From a virus: 64,000 nucleotides of DNA. Shown in pieces: positions 18,277 to 28,128 of the stretch; the first letter of the stretch is position 1, and each line of letters starts with the position of its first letter. The position numbers and the translations under genes were made by a program. Where the stretch lies: the IMG/VR virus record IMGVR_UViG_3300043788_000101, positions 1 through 64,000 of that record, one strand, 5' to 3'. The notes below the pieces were generated by a model that did not search any database, was not told the origin of the DNA, and saw only the letters and a program-made list of their open reading frames with translations.

Positions 18277-20565
18277 GTGGCGGATTTCGTTTTCCGCAAT
18301 CCACCGCAGCCGACTCAGAAGCGACCGATCACATCGTTCGCCACGCACCCGAAGCCTGCCAACACGGCGGTGCTCGATGGTGAGTGGGACTACTCGCTCG
18401 TCCCTGTAGCTTGGTTTGACGTCGACGAAGTCAACAATAGCACCCCGGCCCTCATCGGCGGTTGGGTCGACGTTGACTATCTCAATCCGCCATCGGCTGT
18501 CACGGCCTATGCGGCGCCATTCGGCATCGAGCCGGGTGAGTTTCTCGGCGCAAGCTCAGTCCTAGCGTTCGTCAAGCCTTTCGGTGCTGACCCTGGCGAA
18601 ACGCTCGGGCCTCCGAGCATCGCCGTCGTCGTATCGCCGCAGGGCGTACCGTCCTTCGAAGTCGCTGGCGCTTGCTCGGTAGCGACGGTTGTCACTGCGT
18701 CAGGCATCGAGTCCGGCGAAGGCGCTGGCCCGCCATCACTTCTACCCTTCGCGCAACCGGCGGGGATCGATTCCGGTGAAGCAGCCGGGCCTCCGGCGAT
18801 TGCGCTGGTATTCAAGCCGTTCGGTGTCGAGTCTGGTGAGCAGACGGGCGCACCGAGCGCGGCGCTCGTCCTGTCGCCAGCTGGCGTACCGACCGGCGAG
18901 TCCTCAGGGCCCACAAGCCTCACGCCGTTCGTTGCTCCGACGGGCATCGACACGGGAGAACAGGCGGGTGCGCCAAGCGTTGCCGTCGCGGTATCGCCCT
19001 CGGGCATTGCGTCCGTCGAGTCGCTCGGACAAGAGACTCTTACTCCGACGGTGTCTCCGTTCGGGCCCGAGTCTGGGGCTAACCCGGGCGCTCCAGACGT
19101 AACACCTGTCGTCGCCGCGTCAGGCGTCGAGAGCGGTGAGACGCTCGGTCCCCCCACTGCACTTCTCACCGTGACGCTCGCGCCTGCGGGCGTGGACTCG
19201 GGTGAGGCGCTCGGGCCTCCTGTCGTTACTCAGGTTCTCGCGCCATACGGCGTAGACAGTGGCGAAATGTCAGGGGCGCCAAGCCTGGCGCTCACGCTCA
19301 AGCCGAGCGGTGTTGATTCGGGCGAGCAGATCGGAGCAGCCACCGCGACGCTCACTGTCACGCTGGCTCCGGCTGGCGTAGACTCCGGGGAGGCCGTCGG
19401 CCCTCCTATACTTCTGCCGACCGCAAGCCCGGCCGGCATCGATACGGGCGAGAATGCGGGGCCTCCTGCTCTGGCCCTCGTCGCCAAGGCGACCGGGATC
19501 GAATCAGGCGAAGCGGTCGGTGCGCCATCGGTCGCCGTCGCCGTCGCCCCAGCCGGAATCGACAGCGGCGAGGCTCCGGGTGCTCCGACAGCGCTGCCGA
19601 AGCTTGCCCTCTCGGGCATCGACCCCGGCGAGCAGGTCGGTGCGAGCGACGTCGCTCTCGTGGTCTCGGCCTCTGGCGTCGATTCGCAAGAGAGCGCTGG
19701 CGCACCAAGCCTCGAGCCGACGATCTCGGCAAGCATCGACCCCGGCGAAAGCGTCGGGCCTGCTTCGGTCACGCCGCAGATTCACGCGAGCGGCATCGAT
19801 ACGGGCGAAGCTATCGGGGCGCCCCTCATCGTCTCGGCCTCGGGACCACTTCCGAGCGGCATCGAGAGCGGCGAAGCGGTCGGCGCTCCGACCATCATAT
19901 CGATTGTCTCGGTCTTCGGCATCGAGACTGGCGAGGCGCTTGGCGCCGCGACGCTCACGCCCGTCGTCTACGCGTCGCCGCAAGGCGTCGACAGTGGCGA
20001 GGACGTTGGCCCGCCGTCGCTTACCGCGACCGGACCACAGGCGCTGCCGCGCACGGGCGGCGACTTCGTTGGCTTCGGGATCTTCGACCGCACGCGGCGA
20101 TCAAGCGTCGCCAGCGCGAAGGCCCTTCTTGCCGTCGACTTCGATCTCGCCGAGCCGACGTTCGTATCGGTCCGCGCGAAGAAGGCCAAGCCGAAGGCAG
20201 CAGCCCACGGGCCAGTCGAGCAGGCGCGACCAATCAGCGACTCTGCCGCAGTTTGGTTGGCCGAGGCGATCGGCCAAGCCGCTGAGGTTCGAAGCCACGC
20301 GAGCGCGTCCGCTCAGTCGCTCACGCTCAACCTCATACAGCCTGCTGCCACGTCGGCGTCCAGCGGGCACGCGGTCATCGGCGAGGCGCGCGAGGCCACG
20401 CTGGCGAAGGCCAATGCGGTCTCTGCGGCGTCCGCTTCGGCTGGCATCATCGTCAAGCAGGGACCACCGAGTGAGCGTGAACGCGCGGTTGCGGAGATGC
20501 GTCTCGGGTGGCGCACGGCGGCGGTCGCGAGCCGGACGAGCCATCGTCACAAGTGGGCAGCGTGA
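18277..20565 (+). CDS. Repeat protein with 25 units of about 20 aa (PxG[IV]xSGExxGxPx)
   Basis: Counted 25 G[IV][DE][SPT]GE-type units, GIEPGE through GVDSGE. Confidence 0.85.
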   Translation: MADFVFRNPPQPTQKRPITSFATHPKPANTAVLDGEWDYSLVPVAWFDVDEVNNSTPALIGGWVDVDYLNPPSAVTAYAAPFGIEPGEFLGASSVLAFVKPFGADPGETLGPPSIAVVVSPQGVPSFEVAGACSVATVVTASGIESGEGAGPPSLLPFAQPAGIDSGEAAGPPAIALVFKPFGVESGEQTGAPSAALVLSPAGVPTGESSGPTSLTPFVAPTGIDTGEQAGAPSVAVAVSPSGIASVESLGQETLTPTVSPFGPESGANPGAPDVTPVVAASGVESGETLGPPTALLTVTLAPAGVDSGEALGPPVVTQVLAPYGVDSGEMSGAPSLALTLKPSGVDSGEQIGAATATLTVTLAPAGVDSGEAVGPPILLPTASPAGIDTGENAGPPALALVAKATGIESGEAVGAPSVAVAVAPAGIDSGEAPGAPTALPKLALSGIDPGEQVGASDVALVVSASGVDSQESAGAPSLEPTISASIDPGESVGPASVTPQIHASGIDTGEAIGAPLIVSASGPLPSGIESGEAVGAPTIISIVSVFGIETGEALGAATLTPVVYASPQGVDSGEDVGPPSLTATGPQALPRTGGDFVGFGIFDRTRRSSVASAKALLAVDFDLAEPTFVSVRAKKAKPKAAAHGPVEQARPISDSAAVWLAEAIGQAAEVRSHASASAQSLTLNLIQPAATSASSGHAVIGEAREATLAKANAVSAASASAGIIVKQGPPSERERAVAEMRLGWRTAAVASRTSHRHKWAA

Positions 20566-20572
20566 GGCGGAG

Positions 20573-20959
20573 ATGCATCGAACTCTCGTGTGCGGCGGGC
20601 CACGCGTTGGGAAGTCTTTCCTGAGTGCGCGCCTCGGTCTCGAGAGCGGCATCTACGTTCGCGGCACCGACGAACTCATCGCGCAAGGCGTGAAGTTTCA
20701 GGATGGGCCCGCGGTCGTAGCCGAATGGCTTGGGGCCCCGTCCCACTGGATTGTGGAAGGCGTGCATACGACGCGCGCGCTTCGCATCTGGCTCGCGGAG
20801 CACGACGAGGGTCTGCCGTTCGATCGGATCTTCTGGGGCCAAGAGCCGAAGGTTGAGCGCAACAAGTGGCAGGAGTCCTGCGCCAAAGGGATCAACACGG
20901 TATGGCAACAAATCGAGACGAAGCTCATCGAGAGAGGGGCCGTCATTCAGAGGTTCTGA
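20573..20959 (+). CDS. Small P-loop NTPase/kinase-like protein
   Basis: LVCGGPRVGKS, TDEL, WIVEGV; GGAG RBS. Confidence 0.7.
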   Translation: MHRTLVCGGPRVGKSFLSARLGLESGIYVRGTDELIAQGVKFQDGPAVVAEWLGAPSHWIVEGVHTTRALRIWLAEHDEGLPFDRIFWGQEPKVERNKWQESCAKGINTVWQQIETKLIERGAVIQRF

Positions 20960-21012
20960 GTGCACGCGCCGAGGTCCTCTCGAAGCCGCGCCTCTTTCGT
21001 CCCGAGCCGCGC

Positions 21013-21855
21013 ATGGGCGAATGCCTGGCGATGCGGCCCGAGGCTGCCGACTTCTCCTTTCTCTGGACCGGCATCAAGCCCAACGATCGCACCAAGGACA
21101 ACATCGCGATCGTCGACATCAACGGTCCCCTCGAACACCACGCCACGTGGATGTGGGATTCGTACGAAGCCATCATCGAGCGCTTCGAGTCCGCGCTCAC
21201 CGGCCAGGACATGGTCGACGCGGAGATCCGCAGCGTGACCGCGGGCGGGTGGCTGCCACTGCCCAAGGATTACGAGCCGCCCGCGCCCATCCCCGCGAGC
21301 GCGGTCGTCCTTCTCACGGACTCGCCAGGCGGCGAGGCGGCGGGCGCAACGTGGTGCCACCGCAAGATTCAGTCGCTCAAGAAGCGATACGGCACGCCGG
21401 TCTACGCGTACGCGAACGAGATGGCCTGCAGCGCGGCCTACGAGATCGCGTGCGCCTGCGACGAGATCTGGCTGCCGGACACTGGGGCTGTCGGTTCGAT
21501 CGGCGTCATCGCGACGCTGTTCGACCGCACGCGCCAGAACGAAAAGATGGGTCTCAACGTCGAGCTGATTACGTCCGGTGAGTTCAAGGCGGACGGGCAC
21601 GCCGACCGGCCCATCACCGACGAGATCCGCGAGCGCATGCAGGACCGGGTGATGGTCCTGGCTCAGATATTTTGGAAGGTGGTTGCCAAAGCGCGCGGCA
21701 CCAGCCCCAAGGCCATCGCGGAACTCGAGGCCGGCGTCTTCATCGGGGAGGACGCGGTCGATGTGGGCATCGCAGATGGTGTATCGGGACTCGGTTCGCT
21801 CCTCAAGACGATCGCGAAGACTCTAGATACTGAGCAGCCATCCGAAGCCGCGTAG
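21013..21855 (+). CDS. S49 (SppA-like) head maturation protease
   Basis: DSPGGE, MACSAAYEIA, VGSIGV, SGEFK; start uncertain. Confidence 0.92.
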   Translation: MGECLAMRPEAADFSFLWTGIKPNDRTKDNIAIVDINGPLEHHATWMWDSYEAIIERFESALTGQDMVDAEIRSVTAGGWLPLPKDYEPPAPIPASAVVLLTDSPGGEAAGATWCHRKIQSLKKRYGTPVYAYANEMACSAAYEIACACDEIWLPDTGAVGSIGVIATLFDRTRQNEKMGLNVELITSGEFKADGHADRPITDEIRERMQDRVMVLAQIFWKVVAKARGTSPKAIAELEAGVFIGEDAVDVGIADGVSGLGSLLKTIAKTLDTEQPSEAA

Positions 21856-22330
21856 GGTCCTCACCGAGCAGACCAACGCCATTATTGCAGCGCATACATA
21901 GAAGACCGCGCACACGCCCGGTTGCATGGTCGTGGTCTACGTGAAGCGGTATCGCTTTACCATGCCTCCGCACGGTTTCTGGGCAGAGGCAAATAGCGCA
22001 TACGCCATTCTGAGAAGCAAGTAGCCTGTTGAAGTCCGCGATACCAATACCGAACGTTGTCTTGAGGTGATAGTCGCGAAGGTATTCGTACTGACGCGAA
22101 GCCCAGCGCTTGTGGCACGCAGCTCTCTTGGCAACCTCGACCTCTGGACTCTGACGCTTACGTATTAGCTCAGGGTGTTCTGCCAAGAACGCGGCTCGTT
22201 GAGCCGCTAGCACGGCACGTCCGGCACGGTGTCTTTCCGTATCCTCACGTCTTCTGCGCTCGCGATGTTTATCTCGATAGCGCTTCTGCACCAATCCGAT
22301 CCGAGGGTCCTTGGGATCCTTGTAGGCCAT
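21803..22330 (-). CDS. Endonuclease VII-family homing-type endonuclease, antisense
   Basis: QNGVCAIC...LHVDHDHATGRVRGLLCMRCNNGVG. Confidence 0.92.
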   Translation of the reverse strand: MAYKDPKDPRIGLVQKRYRDKHRERRRREDTERHRAGRAVLAAQRAAFLAEHPELIRKRQSPEVEVAKRAACHKRWASRQYEYLRDYHLKTTFGIGIADFNRLLASQNGVCAICLCPETVRRHGKAIPLHVDHDHATGRVRGLLCMRCNNGVGLLGEDPTRLRMAAQYLESSRSS

Positions 22331-22336
22331 CACTCA

Positions 22337-22345
22337 ATAGTACCA
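22337..22345 (-). promoter_or_regulatory. Extended -10 promoter (TGgTACTAT) for leaderless EndoVII mRNA
   Basis: TGnTAnnnT ends 6 nt before ATG 22330. Confidence 0.6.
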
Positions 22346-22370
22346 GTCATCTCATCGAAGGAATATCCCA

Positions 22371-23594
22371 ATGACTCTTCTCAGCCTCACCAAGAACCGT
22401 GACGACGCTCTCAAGGCACTGGCATCGGCCGGTGACGCGGGAGCACGCAAGAAGGCCCTCGCCCGGCTCGAAGCCGCGTCGCGCGCCCTCGCCAACTTCG
22501 AGGTCAAGCTCGCTGCCAAGGCAGCGGCTCGCAAGCCGGCAGCCAGCGTCGACGCCGACGAAGATGGCGACGACGACGAGGACGACGAGGAGGACGAGGA
22601 GAGCGAAGAGGAAGAGGAGGAAGAGTCGACGGACTCCTCGGACGACGAGCCCAAGAAGCCGATGGAGAAGAAGTCCAAGAAGGCGAAGGCCAAGTCGAAA
22701 GACAAGGACGACGACGACTCGGATGACGACTCCGACGACGATGACGGAGACGACGAGGAGGACGAGGATGAAGAAGACGAGGACGAGGAGGAAGAGACCT
22801 CGGACTCGGACGACGACGAGGAAGAGGAAGACGAGGAGGACGACGAAGAGGAGGAAGAGGAGCGTGCTGCCAGCGCGACGGCTCTCGCCTCGGCTCGCTC
22901 GGTTCTCTCGGCTGCCAAGAAGAGCAAGAGCGCTCTGGCAATCTCCTCGGCCCGCGCCCACTTCAAGAGCGTCAAGTCGGCCGTCGCGGCCATGGGCAAG
23001 GCGTCCGTCCGCTACCGCAAGCTCAAGGCGGTATGCGCTGCGGTCACCGGCAAAAAGAACCTGCAGAGCATCATCGGCGGCGTCCAGGGCCTCGCCGTGA
23101 AGGCCGCGCAAGAAGAGGCCAACACGCGCGACATCGCCAAGATGAAGGCGACCGCCAAGGCCAAGCGCGTCAACGAGATGCTTTCGGCGGCAGTCTCTGC
23201 GGGCAAGATCACGCAAAAGACGGTGCCCATCCTGCGTGAGGGTATGACCAACACCAAGACGCTCAAGGCGTACCTCGATGCGCTCCCCAAGCTCGTGCGC
23301 ACCCAGAAGGACGGAGAGCACGTGGGTCGGACGCTCCGCGGCGGCACCGACGAGACGGCGGACGCGGACCGCGCCGAGGCGCTCAGCTTCCAGAACCTCA
23401 GCGCGGAGCAGCAGAAGTTCGTGACTGAGGAGGCTGCGTCGCAGGGCAAGAGCATCGACGACTTCATGAAGTCGATGGTCAAAGTGACCGAGAAGATTGC
23501 CGGCACCTCACCGCTGTCGGTGAAGCGGGAAGCGGTCGACTTCAGGGAATACCGCGACCTCCGGTCCAATGGGCCCGTCACCGTAGGCAACTGA
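22371..23594 (+). CDS. Putative capsid scaffolding protein with long Asp/Glu tract
   Basis: Between protease and capsid genes; AVSAGKIT motif; about 100-aa D/E region. Confidence 0.7.
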   Translation: MTLLSLTKNRDDALKALASAGDAGARKKALARLEAASRALANFEVKLAAKAAARKPAASVDADEDGDDDEDDEEDEESEEEEEEESTDSSDDEPKKPMEKKSKKAKAKSKDKDDDDSDDDSDDDDGDDEEDEDEEDEDEEEETSDSDDDEEEEDEEDDEEEEEERAASATALASARSVLSAAKKSKSALAISSARAHFKSVKSAVAAMGKASVRYRKLKAVCAAVTGKKNLQSIIGGVQGLAVKAAQEEANTRDIAKMKATAKAKRVNEMLSAAVSAGKITQKTVPILREGMTNTKTLKAYLDALPKLVRTQKDGEHVGRTLRGGTDETADADRAEALSFQNLSAEQQKFVTEEAASQGKSIDDFMKSMVKVTEKIAGTSPLSVKREAVDFREYRDLRSNGPVTVGN

Positions 23595-23667
23595 ACCCAG
23601 TCGCGCGCACGCGGCAGCGCCCCAAAAGAAAACTCAACTCAATCAAAGAAGGACATAGGTAATCACA

Positions 23668-24540
23668 ATGAGCGCCACGACCCAGGACATCAAGGCCGAC
23701 AAGCTTGGCACGGAGGACATGCCCCCGCCTGGGCTCCTCGGACTGCCCATCGAGACCAACACGATCATCTACGGCGGCACTCCGGTCTTCAGCGATGCCA
23801 ACGGCTACGCGGTCGACGGAACCCCGGCCAGCGGTGGACTCTTCTGCTGGGGACGCTGCGAGCACGAGGTCAACAACCTCAACACCAACACGCCCTACGG
23901 CGCTGCGGCTGCGCAGAACGTGACGATCCGGCCTGGATGCTACTACTTCGCGTCCGACGGGTCGGTGACGGCCGCGCAGATCGGCAAGGCGGTCTACGCG
24001 CTCGACAACCAGACTGTGACGTCATCGCCGGTGGCGCTGCCGACCTCCACGGTATGGCTCCCGTACCTTGGGATCGTGCAGCCGCCTGGCGTGGGCGAGG
24101 CCGGCATCTTTTTGCCGGTCAACACCAAGGTTCCGGTGTACCTCGGCTATCCGACGCCGGGCACGACCATCATCATGAAGGCAGCGATCCCGCTGTCGCT
24201 TGCGTTCATCAAGACGCAGACGAGCGGAACGGCGTTCCCGCTCGGACCGGTCATGCCGGCGAACGCGAAGCTCATGGACGCCGAGGTCATCAACGTCGTC
24301 GGCTTCGGAACCATCACGACGCTGACGGCGGAGCTGCAGGGCGGCACCGATTCGGCGGGGACCATTCTCGCCGCCGAGACCGTGTACGCGCTAGGTGCCA
24401 TCAACGCAACGCCAGGTACGAACCCATACCAGTCGCGCGGTGGGCAGCAGATCTACTGCACGCTCACGGGCGGAGCCGCGCTGTCGACGGCGACTCTCGG
24501 TTCGCTGCTGGTCAACCTTTACTACACGATCGCGTTCTAG
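23668..24540 (+). CDS. Putative head decoration/cement protein
   Basis: IIYGG..V..DANGYAV...GRCEHEVNN...VTAAQIGKAVYALDNQTV; adjacent to capsid gene. Confidence 0.7.
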   Translation: MSATTQDIKADKLGTEDMPPPGLLGLPIETNTIIYGGTPVFSDANGYAVDGTPASGGLFCWGRCEHEVNNLNTNTPYGAAAAQNVTIRPGCYYFASDGSVTAAQIGKAVYALDNQTVTSSPVALPTSTVWLPYLGIVQPPGVGEAGIFLPVNTKVPVYLGYPTPGTTIIMKAAIPLSLAFIKTQTSGTAFPLGPVMPANAKLMDAEVINVVGFGTITTLTAELQGGTDSAGTILAAETVYALGAINATPGTNPYQSRGGQQIYCTLTGGAALSTATLGSLLVNLYYTIAF

Positions 24541-24605
24541 GGCGCTGCGCGTCTACGCCGCCAACCTCTCGAAGGCAAAACTCCCAACACCCATAGGAAA
24601 CGGAC

Positions 24606-25655
24606 ATGCTGATCACTCCTAGCAACTTGAATCTGTTTTTCACCGCCTTCGAGACGCGGTTCTGGACGGCCTACGGCGCAGCGCCGCAGGTCTACACCAA
24701 GCTCGCGAGCATCTATCCAGTAGGAACCGAGACCTGGATCTCGGGCTGGATCGGAATGCTCGACAAGATGCGCGAGTGGATCGGGCCACGAGTCACTCAC
24801 ACGCCCGCGCCGCAGACGTACTTGGTGCCCATCCAGGTCTTCGAAGAGACGCAAGGCGTCGACCTCTTCAAGCTGGAAGACGACCAGTACGGGATCTACA
24901 ACCCGGTTGTTGCCTTCATGGGCGTCCAGGCGGCGAAGTGGCCCGACTACCAGCTCCGCGACCTCCTGCAGAATCAGGGATCGCAGACGGGGGCACGGCA
25001 GCTCTGTCTGGACAACTTGAACTACTTTGCCACAAATCACCCTGTCGATTTTTGGGACGCCTCGAAAGGGACGTTCTGCAACGACTACACGAACGGCGGC
25101 GTGAGCGTGAACGGTATCCTCGTCGGTGGCGCCCTCTCCTCGAACGCGTTCGCGACCGTGTGGGAAGATATGGCGGCGCGCAAGACGGAATCGGGCGAAG
25201 CATGGGGCCTCATGCCGGACATGACGTATGCCGGGCCGAAACTCAAGTTCCCGCTATCGACCATCCTGCAGGCGCAGTTCATCGGCCTGCCGGTCATCGG
25301 GACGATCGGTACCCAGGTCACACAGACCGCTGGCTCGACGGCTCTACCCAACAGCCCGCTCATCGGAGCAACGGAAAGCCTGACGCGAGGCCTTACGGAC
25401 CTGCTCATCTGGCCGGACTTGAACGGAAGCGGGACCGTCGGTGGCGGCACCTACGATCAGGTCTGGTACATGGCCACGAACAGCGGCCCGGTGCGCGGAC
25501 TCTCGTGGCTGCTCCGTTCCGCGCCGGACTTCACGGTCCGCAATCGTCCCGACGATCCCGTCGTCTTCGACACGCACACGATCCAGTACGGAAGCAAAGC
25601 GCGAGGAGCGCCGGCTTGGGGCTTTCCGGCTTTCCTTAGTCGTTCCGGGGCTTAG
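24606..25655 (+). CDS. Major capsid protein, Mu gpT-like
   Basis: MLITPSNL, WIGMLDKMREWIGPR, LEDDQYGIY, YFATNHPV, YGSKARG...WGF. Confidence 0.93.
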   Translation: MLITPSNLNLFFTAFETRFWTAYGAAPQVYTKLASIYPVGTETWISGWIGMLDKMREWIGPRVTHTPAPQTYLVPIQVFEETQGVDLFKLEDDQYGIYNPVVAFMGVQAAKWPDYQLRDLLQNQGSQTGARQLCLDNLNYFATNHPVDFWDASKGTFCNDYTNGGVSVNGILVGGALSSNAFATVWEDMAARKTESGEAWGLMPDMTYAGPKLKFPLSTILQAQFIGLPVIGTIGTQVTQTAGSTALPNSPLIGATESLTRGLTDLLIWPDLNGSGTVGGGTYDQVWYMATNSGPVRGLSWLLRSAPDFTVRNRPDDPVVFDTHTIQYGSKARGAPAWGFPAFLSRSGA

Positions 25656-25681
25656 CGCGCACTAGTTGAAGTAATGCATCA

Positions 25682-25711
25682 TGTAGATGTCTACAGGGTG
25701 CGTGCTAGACT
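25682..25711 (+). promoter_or_regulatory. Inverted repeat TGTAGA-TG-TCTACA plus extended -10 TGcTAGACT
   Basis: Palindrome 25682-25695; -10 at 25706-25711, 6 nt before ATG 25718. Confidence 0.55.
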
Positions 25712-25717
25712 GGCTGC

Positions 25718-26284
25718 ATGGCCGGACGGCGTTGGAAGTACGCGAGCAAGGTCGAGGCAACGCAGGCGCGCATAGAGCGGCAGCGTCGATACGACGAGGC
25801 CAGGTATCCACGCGAGGCTGAGCGCCGCAAGGCACGCACTGCGGCGTGGCGCGCAGCGAACCCAGAGAAAAAACGCGCGCAACGCAAAGCCGAGTACGAG
25901 CGCAATAAGGAGGCCGCGAAGGCTGCCGCTCGCGAGTGGACGCGTACCCATCCAGAGCACGCAGCGGCCACGCATCGGGCGTACCGAGCGGCCAATCACG
26001 AGGCTGTTCTCCACGCAGAGCGCGTGAAAAACGCTCGTCGCAAAGGCGCTCCAGGCCACTTCACCGCCGAGGACATCAGGCGCATCTACAACGAGCAAGA
26101 GGGTTGCTGCTACTACTGCGGCAAGTCTCTGACGCGTTACCACATCGAGCACAAGACTCCGATCGTGCGCGGTGGCAGCAACGACCCGGAGAACATCGCC
26201 GTAGCGTGCGCGAGGTGCAACTTGCGCAAGGGCTACATGACCGAGCAAGAGTTTCGTGAGGTCAGAGCGCAATCGTCTGCGTAG
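25718..26284 (+). CDS. HNH endonuclease
   Basis: CYYCG...HIEHKTPIVRGGSNDPENIAVACARCNLRK. Confidence 0.93.
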   Translation: MAGRRWKYASKVEATQARIERQRRYDEARYPREAERRKARTAAWRAANPEKKRAQRKAEYERNKEAAKAAAREWTRTHPEHAAATHRAYRAANHEAVLHAERVKNARRKGAPGHFTAEDIRRIYNEQEGCCYYCGKSLTRYHIEHKTPIVRGGSNDPENIAVACARCNLRKGYMTEQEFREVRAQSSA

Positions 26285-26329
26285 GTGAGCACGTCTCAAT
26301 GATGTTGCTCGCAGTGGGAGCAACATCGA

Positions 26330-26626
26330 ATGTGGCATGACCTAACAGGTTACATTCCAGGATACGGTGCCGGCACAAGCGGCACCGGCACCGTGGTCGT
26401 CCCGTCGGGCGGGTGCATCACGGGAATCCTGGCGCACGCCTCCGCGGGTTCGGCCACGGTCACCATCTTCGGTGGAGCGGCCATCCCGATCATCAACGGA
26501 GCGCCGCCGACGTTCATCCCGTTCAATCACGACCTCTACGTGTCGAACTCCGGCAATAGCGGAGACGTCGTATTCCTGAACACGGACGTTGCGGTCGTCT
26601 TCTGGGTGCGCGCCGGCAACTACTAG
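26330..26626 (+). CDS. Putative virion protein
   Basis: GGAG RBS; position after capsid gene. Confidence 0.65.
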   Translation: MWHDLTGYIPGYGAGTSGTGTVVVPSGGCITGILAHASAGSATVTIFGGAAIPIINGAPPTFIPFNHDLYVSNSGNSGDVVFLNTDVAVVFWVRAGNY

Positions 26627-26633
26627 AGAAAAC

Positions 26634-27074
26634 ATGACCCTCTACGCCCAGGTCACCGACGTCGTGAGCGTAGGGATGCAAGCGAACGTGGTCTCACGCC
26701 TGCAGCCTTCCCAGCAGCAAGCGTGCCTCGCGGACGCAAGCTCGGAGGCCGACGCGCACTTTCGTGGGCGCTGGGGTTACTACAACGTCCCGCTTCTCGC
26801 GTGGGATCCGGTCATCACCGGGGCCGTGGCGCGAGTCGCGGCCTACCGCATGGTGCTCGTCTCGGGCATCAACGTCGACAGCAACGATTACAAGCTGGCC
26901 GAGGCGCTCTACAAGAGCGGGCGCGAGACGTTCGACGCCATCCAGCGTCAGCAGCTCCACCCGATCGTGACGCTCGCGAATGGCCAGCTCCCGGGGCAAC
27001 AGCAGCCGAAGGTCATCTCGTTCTCGGTCATCGACCTTGCGACTGGAGCAAAGGCGGCACGACGTGGCTGGTAG
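26634..27074 (+). CDS. Head-tail adaptor, Mu gp36/DUF1320-like
   Basis: YAQVTD...LADASSEADAHFRGR...PL...VAAYR. Confidence 0.8.
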   Translation: MTLYAQVTDVVSVGMQANVVSRLQPSQQQACLADASSEADAHFRGRWGYYNVPLLAWDPVITGAVARVAAYRMVLVSGINVDSNDYKLAEALYKSGRETFDAIQRQQLHPIVTLANGQLPGQQQPKVISFSVIDLATGAKAARRGW

Positions 27075-27522
27075 TGGAGACGCGGCTGCAGCCGAGATGC
27101 AGAAGATCGCGAGCGCGATTCGAGCGCTCACGCACGTGCCATCGCGCGCGAGCCGCGGGGCAGCGCACTCGATCGGCCAGCTCATCGATCGTCAGTTCGA
27201 CACGGGGACCGATCCGTACGGCAAGCGGTGGAAGCCGCTCAAGCCGAGCACGATCGCCCGCAAGGGCCACGCTCAGATCGGCGTCGATACCCATCGCATG
27301 CGCGATTCGCTCGAGGTCAAGCCGATGAGCGGAGCCGGTGTGCAGATCACGGCCGGGCCCGAGTATACGGCCTACTTCTCGCGCAAGCGTCCGCTCTTTC
27401 CGACGCATGGCCTCCCTCGCGCGTGGCGCAACGCCATCACGGACGCCCTCAACGTCGAAGCCAAGGCGGTTCTCGCCGGCACGGGCGCGACGGGCGCGAT
27501 CCTCGACCAGGCCGCGGAGTAG
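27064..27522 (+). CDS. Virion morphogenesis/tail completion protein (Mu gpG-like)
   Basis: QFDTGTDPYGKRWKPLKPSTIARK...DTHRMRDSL; start uncertain. Confidence 0.8.
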   Translation: MAGSGDAAAAEMQKIASAIRALTHVPSRASRGAAHSIGQLIDRQFDTGTDPYGKRWKPLKPSTIARKGHAQIGVDTHRMRDSLEVKPMSGAGVQITAGPEYTAYFSRKRPLFPTHGLPRAWRNAITDALNVEAKAVLAGTGATGAILDQAAE

Positions 27523-27525
27523 AGC

Positions 27526-28128
27526 GTGACCGGAGTCATCACGCAGATCGTCGCCGCGCTCGGCGACACGCTGAACGTCCTCCTCACGAACGCGCAGCAA
27601 CGCCCGCTCCAAGATGGCAAGATCCTTATCGGTCGCGAGCACGTGGCGGACGGTTCCGCGGCTCCGCGCGTCGTCATGATCCCGATGACGTCGCGCTACG
27701 AGGTCGCGCGGCATTCTCCGTCGACGTACCTGCCCGTCGACGCCAATGGGCGCGCATTGCGATGGCGAGCGCGCCCGCTCTGGTCGGAGGCGCTCACGAT
27801 GCAGTGTCACTGCTGGGGCGACACCGAGAGCTTCTCGGCCACCGACCCAGCGCGCGGCTTCAACGCCGCCCAGGCCCTAACGCATCGTCTCTTCACCGCG
27901 GCCTACCTCATCATGACGGCCAACGGCTGCAGGCCGACCGCGGGCGCATGGGGAGACCAGGCGACCGACAAGCCGGATCTACTCACTTCGGGTCACTACA
28001 CGGTAGTGGGGCTCGAGGTCGACATTCCGATCACCGATCAGGCGCTGCGATTCGTGCCGCCTGGCACGATGATCGAACGGCCGGATCCAGCGCGCAGCCC
28101 GCTATTCACGGCGCCAGCTGGCGACTAA
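27526..28128 (+). CDS. Putative tail terminator
   Basis: Position before sheath; PRVVMIP. Confidence 0.55.
   Translation: MTGVITQIVAALGDTLNVLLTNAQQRPLQDGKILIGREHVADGSAAPRVVMIPMTSRYEVARHSPSTYLPVDANGRALRWRARPLWSEALTMQCHCWGDTESFSATDPARGFNAAQALTHRLFTAAYLIMTANGCRPTAGAWGDQATDKPDLLTSGHYTVVGLEVDIPITDQALRFVPPGTMIERPDPARSPLFTAPAGD

Noticed and set aside
22352-22999. Poly-serine ORF on minus strand
   Set aside because: Antisense shadow of the GAC/GAG acidic tract
12382-27522. Transposable Mu-like phage
   Set aside because: Head genes are Mu-like, but no transposase or MuB is in the window and RusA/RecT point to another replication mode; cannot be excluded outside the window
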